The notes beneath the pieces are model-generated. The model was given only the letters and a program-made list of their open reading frames with translations, did not search any database and was not told the origin of the DNA. Position numbers and translations under genes: made by a program. Source: Pseudomonadota bacterium (lineage in GTDB: Bacteria; Myxococcota; JACRCW01; JAFGSX01). Taken from it: DNA of 64,000 nt. The stretch lies in assembly GCA_043821645.1 (NCBI GenBank), contig JBDRCO010000043.1, forward strand, positions 64,001-128,000. Reading direction: 5' to 3'. Below are positions 1-10,220 of this stretch, one piece after another; the stretch's first letter is position 1, and each line of letters starts with the position of its first letter.

Positions 1-2
1 AC

Positions 3-1085
3 TACCTGGGCAATCCTCTGCCGCAGGACTTCTCGGTCAGCTACGGCGCGATCCAGAGCGGCGCACAGCAGACCTCCTACCTGCCAGATCCCCTCAACGC
101 GGGCAGCGTGAGCCCGACCCAGGGCGCCACGGTGGCCGGGGATCAGGTCTTCACCCTGACCTTCTCCAGCAACATGGCGCGTCTCAAGAACCGCATGCTG
201 GCCACCTCGCTCAACAACGCCAGCCTGAGGATGCGTGAGACCGCCTGCCCCGGTGGCGGCGAGCGGGGCGTTCTCAACCAGTCCAACCGTTTCCTCCTCG
301 GCACGCCAGGACAGCCGGACCGGCTGCAGTTCTGGGCCGACGATCTGTTGCGGCACGGCTGCAGCTACGAGATCCGGCTGGTGCAGAGTGAGTTCGCCAA
401 CGTCTACGCCTTCTCCGATGGGGGTTTCAGCGATATCCTCGTCACCGTCACCGCGGAGAGCACGGCACCGACCCTGGCAAGCACGGTCCCTGCCGCGGGT
501 GCCACCAACGTTGCGGCAGACGCCGCACTGGTGGCTCAGTTCAGCGAAGCCATGGACCCGGCGACCTTCGATGCCGCGACCAGCTTCGTGCTCAGTGACG
601 GTGCCCCGGTCAGCGGACAGGTTGTGGTGAGCGGCAGCAGCGCCCGCTTCGAGCCGGACCACGCGCTGCTCGGTGGCGTCAGCTACACCTGGACATTGGG
701 CAACACCCTGACCGACCTGGCGGGAAATGCCTTCGCAGGCGCCACCCGCACCTTCACGGTGGAAGCCATCGCGCCACAGGTGCAGACCATCAGCATCCCC
801 GCGCTCGACAGCCTGCGCGTCACCTTCGACGAGGCCATGGATCCCGCAACCCTCCTCGCGGACGTGGTCGGCAGCGACGGCAGCATCCAGGTTCGCGCCC
901 AGACCGGCGGGGCCACGGTGTGGGGCTGCTGGGAGCTCGACGCGAGCGGTAGCGCGGCCCTCTTCACGCCGCTGGAGCTGTTGAGCCCGGGCGCCAGCTA
1001 CCAGGTGACGGTCACCACCACACTGACAGACCTGGGTGGCACTGCCATCGCTGCCCCGGTGGTGCAGGTCGTGGTCGCGCCCTGA
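3..1085 (+). CDS. Ig-like (SbsA/Big_5-type) repeat surface protein, 5'-truncated
   Basis: Frame is open from position 3 (YLGNPLPQDFSV...). Repeated modules FSEAMDPAT/FDEAMDPAT and TDLAGN/TDLGGT are typical of SbsA-like Ig domains. Confidence 0.75.
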   Translation, partial: YLGNPLPQDFSVSYGAIQSGAQQTSYLPDPLNAGSVSPTQGATVAGDQVFTLTFSSNMARLKNRMLATSLNNASLRMRETACPGGGERGVLNQSNRFLLGTPGQPDRLQFWADDLLRHGCSYEIRLVQSEFANVYAFSDGGFSDILVTVTAESTAPTLASTVPAAGATNVAADAALVAQFSEAMDPATFDAATSFVLSDGAPVSGQVVVSGSSARFEPDHALLGGVSYTWTLGNTLTDLAGNAFAGATRTFTVEAIAPQVQTISIPALDSLRVTFDEAMDPATLLADVVGSDGSIQVRAQTGGATVWGCWELDASGSAALFTPLELLSPGASYQVTVTTTLTDLGGTAIAAPVVQVVVAP

Positions 1086-1193
1086 CCTCACACGTGGTCG
1101 GATCCGGCCGCCCACCATTGCTCACCACCGCCACCAGCCGTACACTGACTCGACGTCACGTGCCGACCTGAACGGATCGCGGGTCTGGCGAGG

Positions 1194-2138
1194 ATGGGCA
1201 TGCGCATGCATGAACGGGCTTTTTTTTCACCCTGGCCCATCGTCGTGGGCGCCCTGGCGCTGGTCCTGGCGCCGCTGCGCCCCGCACTCGCCCAGGACAG
1301 CACCACACCGGCCTCCGTCGCCCCGGCCTCCCTTCCCGACGAGCCCCCCTTCCCTCCACCTGCGCTTGAAGGCGAGGCCCCGCTGCTTGCCGACGAGCCA
1401 GCACCCGCCACCAGCCAGATGGACGCTCCCCCTGCGGCGGTCCCGGTGCCGCCTCCCGCCGACGAGAAAGCCGGCAATCAGGCCGCGCCACGCCGTCCGC
1501 CGGCGGCCAGGAACCCGACCTTTGTACAGCCACCGCCACTGCCCCCGGCACCCGACCAGCCGCGCCCGGCCGGACCCGTGCCCGACGACGTCAAGCACGC
1601 GCGCGGTATCGCGCTGATGATGATGCAGATCCCGATCGGTGCGCTGTGGGGAGCTGCCGTGGCCGGCACCGGTTTCTTCGCCGCCAGCGCCCTGCTCGCG
1701 GCTCCGGGCCTGACCTTGTTCCCGGCTGGTGGCCTGCTCGCGATCGCACCCCTGGCCGTGTCCATCGCCGGCGGCGGCGTGGCCGTGCTGGTCAACCTGG
1801 GCACCGCCGTCGTCGTGGACATGCTGTCCGGACATGCCGCCCCCGAGGGCACCACGGGCAAGCTGCTGCTGTGGAGCAGCCTGTACGCGGGGATGGTGGC
1901 GGTGGTGGCGGGCCTGCCCCTGGCCATCCCGGTGGCTCTCGCGGCCAGCGGCGTGTTCTCCAATGCCGAGGTCAGTAATGTGCTGGCGTACACCCTCGTG
2001 GCCGCCTTGATCCCGGTGGCGGTCGCACCCATGGCGATGCTCGAAGCTGCCAACGAGGCGGGCTACCAGTCTGACCTGCCAGCCTGGTGCTGGCACGCCA
2101 TGTCCATCTGCAGTCTTGGAACCTATGTCTTCTTCTAG
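1194..2138 (+). CDS. Hypothetical membrane protein with signal peptide and Pro-rich N-terminus
   Basis: Signal-like N-terminus ending ALA-Q, a Pro/Ala-rich linker and several C-terminal hydrophobic helices. Confidence 0.6.
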   Translation: MGMRMHERAFFSPWPIVVGALALVLAPLRPALAQDSTTPASVAPASLPDEPPFPPPALEGEAPLLADEPAPATSQMDAPPAAVPVPPPADEKAGNQAAPRRPPAARNPTFVQPPPLPPAPDQPRPAGPVPDDVKHARGIALMMMQIPIGALWGAAVAGTGFFAASALLAAPGLTLFPAGGLLAIAPLAVSIAGGGVAVLVNLGTAVVVDMLSGHAAPEGTTGKLLLWSSLYAGMVAVVAGLPLAIPVALAASGVFSNAEVSNVLAYTLVAALIPVAVAPMAMLEAANEAGYQSDLPAWCWHAMSICSLGTYVFF

Positions 2139-3558
2139 CCGTGGGGCGCTGCTGCTGGGAGTGCTGCTCGTGCTCGTCGCCGCGCGCGGCGCGCAGCACC
2201 CGGCGCGCATCCTCGCCTTCGCGGGGAGCGTGGGTCCTGATCAGACACCCCTTGCCCTCGAGCGCGCTATGCAAGCTCTCGACGACGGCAACCGCGTGCC
2301 GGCAGAGGTCCTGCTGTTTGGCAGCGGTCAAGCGCTCTGGCCGTCGGTGATGGTGGAGCCTGCCGAGCCGTCTCCATCGCTCGTCGAGGAACTCGGCCGG
2401 GTCATGGGCCAGGGCGCCACCCTCGGCGTGCACTACAGGCCCACCAGGCTGCGCGGTGTCGACGGACCGGTCACGCGAGAGGCGCTGCTCGCATCCCTGG
2501 GGGCCATGGCCAGGTCCCTCGATCCGCAGGACACCCTGCTGGTGCTGGGCGCAGGTCACGGGGAGCTGACGCCCGACGGAAGCGGCAGCGAGGTCCTGCT
2601 GTGGGGTGCGGACCGGCTACGGGTCGAGGATCTGACCACCCTGCTCGACGACGTGGCGCCACAGGCCAGGGTCGCCCTGGTCATCGGCCATTGCTTCGGT
2701 GGCGATCTCGCTCGCATCGCCTTTCGCGGTGCAGACCCGGCCTCGCCCCTGGCGCCACGCTGCGGCCTCTTTGCCAGTCCCGGCGATCGCCTGGCCGACG
2801 GCTGCGGTGCCCGCCGTGACGACGCGCCGAACTTCGTCGAGCTGGTGTCCCGGGCCCTAGCGCAGGGAGACGCCCGGCTGGACCTCGACGGCGACGGCGC
2901 CCTGAGTCTGGTCGAGCTGCATCGCCACCTGCTGCAGACCGATCGCAGCATCAACGTGCCGCTGCTCAGCAGCCAGAGCATCCTGCGGCTGCACCTGGAA
3001 CCCGCGCCTCTGGTCCAGACGCGACAGATCGGCGAGGTCCTGGCACACAGCTCCGCGCCCCAGGCCGAGTCTCTGCGTCTCCTCGCACGATCGCTTTTTG
3101 TCGACGACAGCGCGACAGGCGGCGAGCTGCGCGCTCGCCTCGATGGCCTCGGTGAGGCGATGCAGAGCGCGGCCGCACAGCGCGCGCTGCTACAGGAGGA
3201 GCAGGAGCTGTCGCGCCAGGAGCTGGTGGACCGCATCGCCGAGCGCTGGCCATCGCTGCTCAACGCCTACCGCGCGGACTTCGCAGCCACCCTGCACCAG
3301 GCCGAGCCCGAGCTGGCAGGCCTGCTTGACGAGGATCTCGCCGCCGCGACCTGGTACGAGGTCGAGCAGGAGCTGCAGCTCCTCGACCGCTGGCAGGGCG
3401 AGCAAGAACTCGAACAGGCCCTGTTGCTGCGCCTGGTCCATGCGCTCGAGGAGGCCGTCGTCCTCCCCCTGCTCGAGCAGGAGGACCCGGCCTGGCGGCA
3501 TGCCCTGCAACCTGTCCTCGACTGCGAGCACGCTCCCCTGGTGCGCGTTCGTATCTGA
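2125..3558 (+). CDS. Secreted clan CD (caspase/C13-like) cysteine peptidase-like protein
   Basis: Signal peptide. LVLGAGHG and VIGHCFGG match the His-Gly/Cys dyad context. C-terminal coiled-coil region. Confidence 0.55.
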   Translation: MSSSSRGALLLGVLLVLVAARGAQHPARILAFAGSVGPDQTPLALERAMQALDDGNRVPAEVLLFGSGQALWPSVMVEPAEPSPSLVEELGRVMGQGATLGVHYRPTRLRGVDGPVTREALLASLGAMARSLDPQDTLLVLGAGHGELTPDGSGSEVLLWGADRLRVEDLTTLLDDVAPQARVALVIGHCFGGDLARIAFRGADPASPLAPRCGLFASPGDRLADGCGARRDDAPNFVELVSRALAQGDARLDLDGDGALSLVELHRHLLQTDRSINVPLLSSQSILRLHLEPAPLVQTRQIGEVLAHSSAPQAESLRLLARSLFVDDSATGGELRARLDGLGEAMQSAAAQRALLQEEQELSRQELVDRIAERWPSLLNAYRADFAATLHQAEPELAGLLDEDLAAATWYEVEQELQLLDRWQGEQELEQALLLRLVHALEEAVVLPLLEQEDPAWRHALQPVLDCEHAPLVRVRI

Positions 3559-3637
3559 GCGGCGGCGGACGCGAGCACACTGCACGGCTCGACATCTGTC
3601 CGTTGGCAGCCTCGCGCTTTGAGGCTAGCGTCGGGCC

Positions 3638-4978
3638 ATGACCACCCAGGACGTCGACACCCTGATCCTCGGCGCCGGCCTCGCCGGCCTGTCCACCGCC
3701 CTCCACCTCGGCGACGGCTACCGCATCCTCGAACGCGAGGCCCACGTCGGTGGCAAGGCTCATACTTTTGTCGAACACGGCCACCACTTCGACGTCACCG
3801 GGCACTGGCTGCACCTGCGCACCCCCGAGGTGCAAGCCCTGGTGCAGCGCCTGCTTGGCGACGCCATGGTGCAGCGCGCCCGCCGCGCCAGGGTCTACTC
3901 GCACGGCGTGTACACGCTCTATCCCTACCAGGCCAACACCTATGGCCTGCCGCCCGAGGTCGCCGCCGAGTGCGTGACCGGCTTCGTGCGCGCCCGCTGC
4001 TGGGATCGCCTCAGTGACACCGCCCCCGAGCCCCAGCTCGCGCCCACGACCTTTGCCGAGTTCATCCTGCAGCGCCTGGGCGAGGGTATCGCCCACAACT
4101 TCATGTTCCCCTACAACCAGAAGCTGTGGACCGTGCACCCGCGCGAACTCGATGCCTCGTGGTGCGCCCGCTTCGTGCCCGTGCCCTCGCTCGACGACGT
4201 GATCCTGGGCGCACTGGGCCAGTCGCCTCAGGCCCTGGGCTACAACGTGCACTTCCAGTATCCCACCCAGGGTGGCATCGCGCGCCTGCCTCGAGCTCTG
4301 CACGGCGCTCTCGACGGGCCGGTCGAGCTGGGCGCTCAGGTCGCCCGCATCGATCTCGACGCGCGCCAGGCCGTGACCGCCGACGGCCGCCGCCTGGGCT
4401 TTCGCCACCTGGTGACGACGACGCCCCTCAACCAGCTCTTGGCCATGATGACAGCGCTGCCCGACGACGTGCGCGAGGCCGCCACCCACCTGCGCCACAC
4501 CACCATCACTTACTTCGACGTCGCTGCGCGCGGCGCCAACCCCGAGCAGCCGCACTGGGTGTACGTTCCCGAGCCACACTTTCCCTTTTACCGCATCGGC
4601 TCCTTCACCGCGGTCGAACCCACCATGTCGCCGCCCGACACGCGCAGCTTCTACGTCGAGATCTCGCACCAGGGCGACACCCTGTCCCTCGACGACGCCG
4701 AGGGCCAGGTGGTGGCGCAGCTGTGCGAGATGAAGCTCATCGATCACCCCGACGATGTGTTGTTCATCAAGCGCCGCCACATCGACGTGGCCTACGTGCT
4801 CGAGGGCGCCGACGTGGCCCCGGCGCGACGCACCATCCTCGACTACCTTCGCTCGCGCCGCGTGCTCAGCACCGGCCGCTACGGGGCCTGGGTCTACGCG
4901 GCGATGGAGGATGCCATCCTCGACGGCATGCAGGCTGCGGAGCAGGTCAAGGCGTGGCGTGCGGAGCCAGCCGGCTGA
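3638..4978 (+). CDS. FAD-dependent oxidoreductase (protoporphyrinogen oxidase / amine oxidase-like)
   Basis: ILGAGLAGLS Rossmann motif, ERE..VGG, PYNQKLW, C-terminal GRYGAWVYAAME. Confidence 0.8.
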   Translation: MTTQDVDTLILGAGLAGLSTALHLGDGYRILEREAHVGGKAHTFVEHGHHFDVTGHWLHLRTPEVQALVQRLLGDAMVQRARRARVYSHGVYTLYPYQANTYGLPPEVAAECVTGFVRARCWDRLSDTAPEPQLAPTTFAEFILQRLGEGIAHNFMFPYNQKLWTVHPRELDASWCARFVPVPSLDDVILGALGQSPQALGYNVHFQYPTQGGIARLPRALHGALDGPVELGAQVARIDLDARQAVTADGRRLGFRHLVTTTPLNQLLAMMTALPDDVREAATHLRHTTITYFDVAARGANPEQPHWVYVPEPHFPFYRIGSFTAVEPTMSPPDTRSFYVEISHQGDTLSLDDAEGQVVAQLCEMKLIDHPDDVLFIKRRHIDVAYVLEGADVAPARRTILDYLRSRRVLSTGRYGAWVYAAMEDAILDGMQAAEQVKAWRAEPAG

Positions 4979-5043
4979 CGTTGGCCCACCCGTCGGCAGA
5001 TCCGTCTGCTTCGCTTCATTAGGTCTGTCTGGCGGACAAGGTG

Positions 5044-7269
5044 CTACTGGCAGTGCTGCTGCAGGCGACGCGCAAGCGCGCCCTGGAAGGGACTGCTGGG
5101 CAGGCACAGGGGTTCGGCCTGGCGCCAGCGACTGCAGGCCTCGTCCTGTTTTCCGAGCTGCAACGAGATCATCCCGGCGTCGAAGAGCTGCTCGACCTGG
5201 GGATCGAGCGCGCTGGCGAGCTTCTTCATGCGCCGGCCTATCACCGGGTCAAAGGGGTTGATGCCCTGGGCGCGACGCAGTGTCGCTGCAGCCTCTGCCA
5301 GATCATCGCTCTCCTCCTGCTGCTGCGCCTGCGCGAGCAGAGGGGCCACCTCCTGCTGCAAGGCGGCCAGGATCTCGTCGCTGCGCTCGCGTGCCTGGCT
5401 CGCGATCGCGCCGTGCGGAGCTGCGGCAGCGGCCTTTTGAAGTGTGCGCACCGCGGCCACGCGTTCCCCACGCTCGGCCTCGGCCAGACCCTGGTCGAGC
5501 AGGGCCTGGGCCGCGCTGGTGTCGACGGGGACCGCAGGCCGTGGCTCCGCAGGACGCTTCACGGAGCGTGGTGGCCTGGGCCGGACGGGCCTGTCGTCGT
5601 CCACCGCTTTCGCGGGCTCCGCTGACGGGTCCGGTGCGTCCCCGGGCTCGACAGCTGCCGTGGGCCCGACGGCTGCGGCGGGCTCGTCGCCGCTGTGCTC
5701 GGGCGTGTCAGGTTGCGGGATCGCAGCCGCCACCGCAGGTTCCTCGCCATCCCCGGCACCCTCGGCCGGCGGAGTCTCGCCAGCCCCCGGAGCATCCGCG
5801 GGAGGTTGCTCGGCCACCGGCTCGTCCGTCGTGGTCGGCGCGGCGGGTTCCTCCAAAGTGGGAACCGACGTGCCCGGCACGGCAGATGGAACAAGCGCGG
5901 TGGCCTGGGGGGGCGCTCCGCTCAGCAGAGCCTCACCCCACAGCAGGTAGACACCGCCCGCCAGTCCACCCAGCGCCACCAGCACCGCAGCGACGATGCC
6001 CAGGGTGGCCACAGCGGAGCGCCTCGGCACCGAGATCGCCGGGAGTTCCGGATGTGTGGGTTGCGACGCGACCGGGTCGAAGTTCGGCGCCTGCTGCCAG
6101 GGCAGGGACGCGTCCAGGGTGGACTCGGAGGCGTCGAAGATGGGCGGCACGAACAGCGGAGGTCTGCTGTCGGCGCTGTCCTGTGGCGGCTCGGCAGGTC
6201 GCTGCAGCTTGGTCTCGGCGTCGTGCTCGTCATGCTCCGGGTCTGTCTCGTACCCGGGCATCTCCTGCATCGCCGTGGGTGTGAACAGAGGCGCGGGCAC
6301 CGCCGCGGCGGTCTCCATCTCGGCGACCTCAGGTTCGAGAGGTCTGAGCAGCGGAGAATCCATGCGCAGGGAGGGTAGCTCCGGCGCGGTCGGCGCGATT
6401 CGCGCCTCGGGAACAGGCGCCAGGACGGTCTCGGCGTTGACGATGGAGGCGCTGCGCGGCACCGGCACTGGACGCGCTGCGGAGACCGTGTCAGCCGAGG
6501 ACAGGGCGGGCGCCATGACCACGGCTCCCGCAGCCTCGCGAGCCGGCAGCAGGGCCACGCCCTCGCTGCTGTGGACCTCGAACACAGCATTGCCCACCAG
6601 CACCCGATCACCCAGCCCCAGGGTGGTCTGCTCGATGCGCTGGCCGCCAACATAGGTGCCGACGGTGCTGCCGAGGTCGCGCACCACCAGGCTGTCGTGG
6701 CCGAGTTCGAACACGGCGTGGCGCCGACTGACATGGGGTTCTGGCAAGAAGATGTCGCACTCGGCGCCGCGGCCGATGAAGCTCTGGCCAAACTCGAGCG
6801 TGTAGCGATTCTGGGGCGCGCTTCCCTTGACCAGGCGCAGCTCGACCCGGGGCGGCGGCAAGATGCGCGTGGACTCCTCGGTCGCGCGGTCGACCACGGT
6901 GTGCTGCTCGCCTTCGGCGTCGCGCTCGATGCGCGTCAGCTCGAGCTCGAAGGGGGGGATGCCGAGACGCTCGCCAGGCTCGATCTCGGCCAGGCGCACG
7001 CGCTGGCTGCGCCAGATGACCCCGTTGGCCGAGCCCATGTCCTCGATGCCGGCCCCCTCGGCACTGATCGTCAGGTTCGCGTGCATGCGCGATACCGCGT
7101 CATCGTCCAGGCAGATGGCGCAGGAGTCGAGGCGACCAATGGAGTAGGCACCACTGACCAGGTGCAGGGAGCCGATCTTCACCCCGTGGCGGTAGATGGT
7201 CAAAATGTACAGGGCGTTGTCCGAGCTCTCGCCCGTACCACCCACACTGCCGATGCGACCCCCAGACAT
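5044..7269 (-). CDS. Double FHA-domain membrane protein
   Basis: Two FHA motifs (IGR..VSRMHA..DMGSANG; IGR..VSRRHA..DLGSTVG), one TM helix and a TPR-like C-terminus. Start moved to ATG 7269 to avoid overlap with the divergent gene. Confidence 0.8.
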   Translation of the reverse strand: MSGGRIGSVGGTGESSDNALYILTIYRHGVKIGSLHLVSGAYSIGRLDSCAICLDDDAVSRMHANLTISAEGAGIEDMGSANGVIWRSQRVRLAEIEPGERLGIPPFELELTRIERDAEGEQHTVVDRATEESTRILPPPRVELRLVKGSAPQNRYTLEFGQSFIGRGAECDIFLPEPHVSRRHAVFELGHDSLVVRDLGSTVGTYVGGQRIEQTTLGLGDRVLVGNAVFEVHSSEGVALLPAREAAGAVVMAPALSSADTVSAARPVPVPRSASIVNAETVLAPVPEARIAPTAPELPSLRMDSPLLRPLEPEVAEMETAAAVPAPLFTPTAMQEMPGYETDPEHDEHDAETKLQRPAEPPQDSADSRPPLFVPPIFDASESTLDASLPWQQAPNFDPVASQPTHPELPAISVPRRSAVATLGIVAAVLVALGGLAGGVYLLWGEALLSGAPPQATALVPSAVPGTSVPTLEEPAAPTTTDEPVAEQPPADAPGAGETPPAEGAGDGEEPAVAAAIPQPDTPEHSGDEPAAAVGPTAAVEPGDAPDPSAEPAKAVDDDRPVRPRPPRSVKRPAEPRPAVPVDTSAAQALLDQGLAEAERGERVAAVRTLQKAAAAAPHGAIASQARERSDEILAALQQEVAPLLAQAQQQEESDDLAEAAATLRRAQGINPFDPVIGRRMKKLASALDPQVEQLFDAGMISLQLGKQDEACSRWRQAEPLCLPSSPFQGALARRLQQHCQ

Positions 7270-7334
7270 GGTATACAACCTATCGCGGCCAGCCCCGGGA
7301 TGGCCAGCGACTGGATGACAGGAGCGAGGAGACC

Positions 7335-7934
7335 ATGGTCGGACACCGGTTCCACTCAGGGTTCGCTCTGGCACTGGCGACGGTCCTGGGGGCCCTGCCC
7401 GCGACGAGCCGAGCGGCCGAGCCCCTGCGACCGCGCGTCTGTGTGGTGAGTGTGAGCCTGCCCGAAGGGAGCAGCGACAAGGCGACGGCGCAGCTGGTGC
7501 AAGCCCTGGAGCAAGCCCTCGAGCGCAACCGCGACGTTGAACTGGTCAAGCACGAGCGCTTTGTCCAGGTCGCCACCGAGCGCCAGCTGAGTGCCGAGCA
7601 ATGGTCCTCGGCGGAGAACCTGAACCAGCTGGGCAGTGCCCTCGAGTTGAACGCGGTGGTGCTGGCGTGGGTGTCACGCCACGGCAAGAAGTTCCGCTTG
7701 CTGGTCGGAGCCGTGGACCCCCTCGACGGAGGCCAGATGGCGACGGCCTCGACCGTGCTTCCCGCACCACGCGTCGACAAGAAGAACGCCCGCGCGGTGA
7801 CCACCACCCTGGTGCGCGACCTGCGGGCCTGGATCGCGGCAGACCTGGCCACGCCGCCACCTCCACCCGGCGCTGCTGCGCCCGTCGAGGCCACAACACC
7901 GCCCCCGCCCCCACCGCCGCCGGTGGTGCCCTAG
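7335..7934 (+). CDS. Hypothetical secreted protein
   Basis: GGAG RBS, signal peptide, alpha/beta domain and poly-Pro tail. Confidence 0.6.
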   Translation: MVGHRFHSGFALALATVLGALPATSRAAEPLRPRVCVVSVSLPEGSSDKATAQLVQALEQALERNRDVELVKHERFVQVATERQLSAEQWSSAENLNQLGSALELNAVVLAWVSRHGKKFRLLVGAVDPLDGGQMATASTVLPAPRVDKKNARAVTTTLVRDLRAWIAADLATPPPPPGAAAPVEATTPPPPPPPPVVP

Positions 7935-7984
7935 TCTCGACCCGGTATTCGGGATCGCGCCGGGTGTGCCGCCGGCCGGGATGC

Positions 7985-9226
7985 TCAGTCCGACGACGCC
8001 TCGCGCATCGCCGGCACACCGAAACGTCGCTCGACCTCGCTGAAGTAGTCGAGCACCTGGCGCACGTAGCCGCGCTTCGACAGGTAGCTCCCGGGGTAGA
8101 AGCTGCGCTTGAAGCCGTGCAGGATGACGGCGCGCAGATCTTTTTGCGTGAAACCCAGGTGCTCGACGGCCAGTTCCAGCTCTCGGGTCACCGTGGTGCG
8201 GCTCACCGTTCGATTGTCGGTGCAGATCGAGACGCTCAGGCGCGCGGCGCGCTGCTTGCGCAGGCTGTGCTGCGACAGGGTCTCGAGCTGCGGGATGGTC
8301 TGCAGGTTACTGGTCAGGCAGACCTCGAGCATGATGCGTCGGTCCGCGATGTACTGGGCCAGCGCCGTCACGAACTGCTCGCGATCCTTGATGTCCGGGT
8401 CGGTCACGTGGTCCGCCTCGAGCAGGAAGGTGCCGTGACCGATGCGGTCTGCGTGCAGACTGGTGATGGCGAGGAAGATGCTCTCGGGCCCGTAGGCCTC
8501 GCCGGCGTGCACGGTCTTCTTCAGGAAGTGCTGGTGCGCGTAGTCGTAAGCGGCCTTGTGATCGTCCGGAGGGTAGCCTGCCTCCTCGCCTGCGAGGTCG
8601 AAACCCACCACGGCCAGGCCATGCTTGTCGCGCGCCTCGACCGCGGCGCGAGCCAGCTCCAGGGAAGCGGCGGCATACACCTCGCGCTCGGGCGTGAACT
8701 GGTGCGCGCGGATCAGGTTGTTGTAGTACTCGCTGAAGCCTTCGGTGAAGCGGCGCATGGCACAGACGATGATCCCGTAGACAAAGGGCGGCTCCTTGCC
8801 GGCCTGGATCTCGGGCTTGCGATTGAACTCCTCGGCGGCGCGGCGCAGGCCGCGATCCACGGCCTTGAGCACCGGCACGAAGCCCAGGTGCTTGTGCATG
8901 TGCAGCTGTGGCGCGAAGCGCACCTCGACGTAGCGCACGCCCTCCTGCTGGTTGTCCTCGGCCAGCTCGAAGGCAATGCGCTCGAGGGCAGTCTCGGTCT
9001 GCATGACCTTGCAGGTGTAGCTGAAGCCATGCAGATACTCACCGAGCGAAGCGTAGCGCTCCTTGAATACTTTTTCATACAGGCCCTGCTCGGTGTAGGC
9101 CGGCAAGGTCACGCCGTAGTCGCGCGCCAGCTCGATCAGGGTGCTCGGCCGGATCGACCCATCCAGGTGCACATGTAGATCGCTCTTGGGGAGGGCCAGC
9201 AAGAATTCACGGGAGATCTTTTCCAT
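7985..9226 (-). CDS. add: Adenosine deaminase family protein
   Basis: LPKSDLHVHLDGS, GFDLAGEE, TVHAGE, RIGHG, CLTSN and TDN motifs. Confidence 0.9.
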   Translation of the reverse strand: MEKISREFLLALPKSDLHVHLDGSIRPSTLIELARDYGVTLPAYTEQGLYEKVFKERYASLGEYLHGFSYTCKVMQTETALERIAFELAEDNQQEGVRYVEVRFAPQLHMHKHLGFVPVLKAVDRGLRRAAEEFNRKPEIQAGKEPPFVYGIIVCAMRRFTEGFSEYYNNLIRAHQFTPEREVYAAASLELARAAVEARDKHGLAVVGFDLAGEEAGYPPDDHKAAYDYAHQHFLKKTVHAGEAYGPESIFLAITSLHADRIGHGTFLLEADHVTDPDIKDREQFVTALAQYIADRRIMLEVCLTSNLQTIPQLETLSQHSLRKQRAARLSVSICTDNRTVSRTTVTRELELAVEHLGFTQKDLRAVILHGFKRSFYPGSYLSKRGYVRQVLDYFSEVERRFGVPAMREASSD

Positions 9227-9356
9227 GACAGATCTTTAGTCGAAGCGGAGTGGCCGCGCCACTTTCAGGTTGCGGGTACATTCCGAGACCGGGAGCCCCG
9301 GGGTGTTCGCCGCACCGCGCCTTGCATTGGGGGCACTGATCACGGATACCTCGGCC

Positions 9357-10220
9357 ATGCTGCGCATCATCCTCGGATACGTCGGCACCCTCAGTGGCCT
9401 CGTGCTGACCTTCTTCTGGGGCACCCTGGCCGCGCTGGGTTATCCCCTCGGCGGTCAGCGCTTTGCCATCTGGTGCGCCCACATGTGGGGGCGCACGGTG
9501 CTGCGCGCGGGCAACGTGCTGGTGGCCGTGCGCGGCGGCGATCAGCTCGACCTCAGCCGGCCGCACCTGTACGTGTCCAACCACCAGAGCGGCCTGGACA
9601 TCCTGGTGCTGTGCGGGCACCTGCCGCAGCGCGTGGTCTTCGTCGCCAAGAAGGAGCTGGCTCGCGTGCCCTTCGTGGGCTGGGGCCTCAAGCTCGGGGG
9701 CCACGTGCTCATCGACCGCGCGGACCGCAGCCAGTCCTATTCCGCCCTCGAGGCCGCCGGGGCCGAGGTGCGCGCCGGCAAGAGCGTGATCATCTTCCCC
9801 GAGGGCACGCGCAGTCCGCCCCGCGAGCTGTGGCCGTTCAAGCGCGGCGCCATGATGCTGGCGCGGGCCGCGAGGGTGCCCATCGTGCCTGTCGGCATCG
9901 TGGGCTCCGCCGAGCGCATGAAGGCGCGGCAGATTTACACCACCCCGGGTCTGGTGGGTGTGCGCATCGGTCAGCCCATCCTGCCCGAGGACTTTGACGA
10001 CGACGATCACGTGCTGATCGAGCGCGTGCGCACCGAGATCGCCAGGCTGGCCGGGTCCAGCGCCGCCAAGGTGTTGCCGGCGAGGGGGCCGCACAGCAGG
10101 CGCGCGGTGAAGAAGGACCAGGGCGCGCCGGATGAGGGAGGGTCAGAGCAGCCGACGGTGGACAAGACAGGCGACGCCACGGAGCTCAGCGCCGAGGAGG
10201 GATCAACGCCCGTTCCCTAG
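9357..10220 (+). CDS. plsC: 1-acyl-sn-glycerol-3-phosphate acyltransferase
   Basis: SNHQSGLD, IDR, FPEGTRS and FKRG motifs. Confidence 0.9.
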   Translation: MLRIILGYVGTLSGLVLTFFWGTLAALGYPLGGQRFAIWCAHMWGRTVLRAGNVLVAVRGGDQLDLSRPHLYVSNHQSGLDILVLCGHLPQRVVFVAKKELARVPFVGWGLKLGGHVLIDRADRSQSYSALEAAGAEVRAGKSVIIFPEGTRSPPRELWPFKRGAMMLARAARVPIVPVGIVGSAERMKARQIYTTPGLVGVRIGQPILPEDFDDDDHVLIERVRTEIARLAGSSAAKVLPARGPHSRRAVKKDQGAPDEGGSEQPTVDKTGDATELSAEEGSTPVP

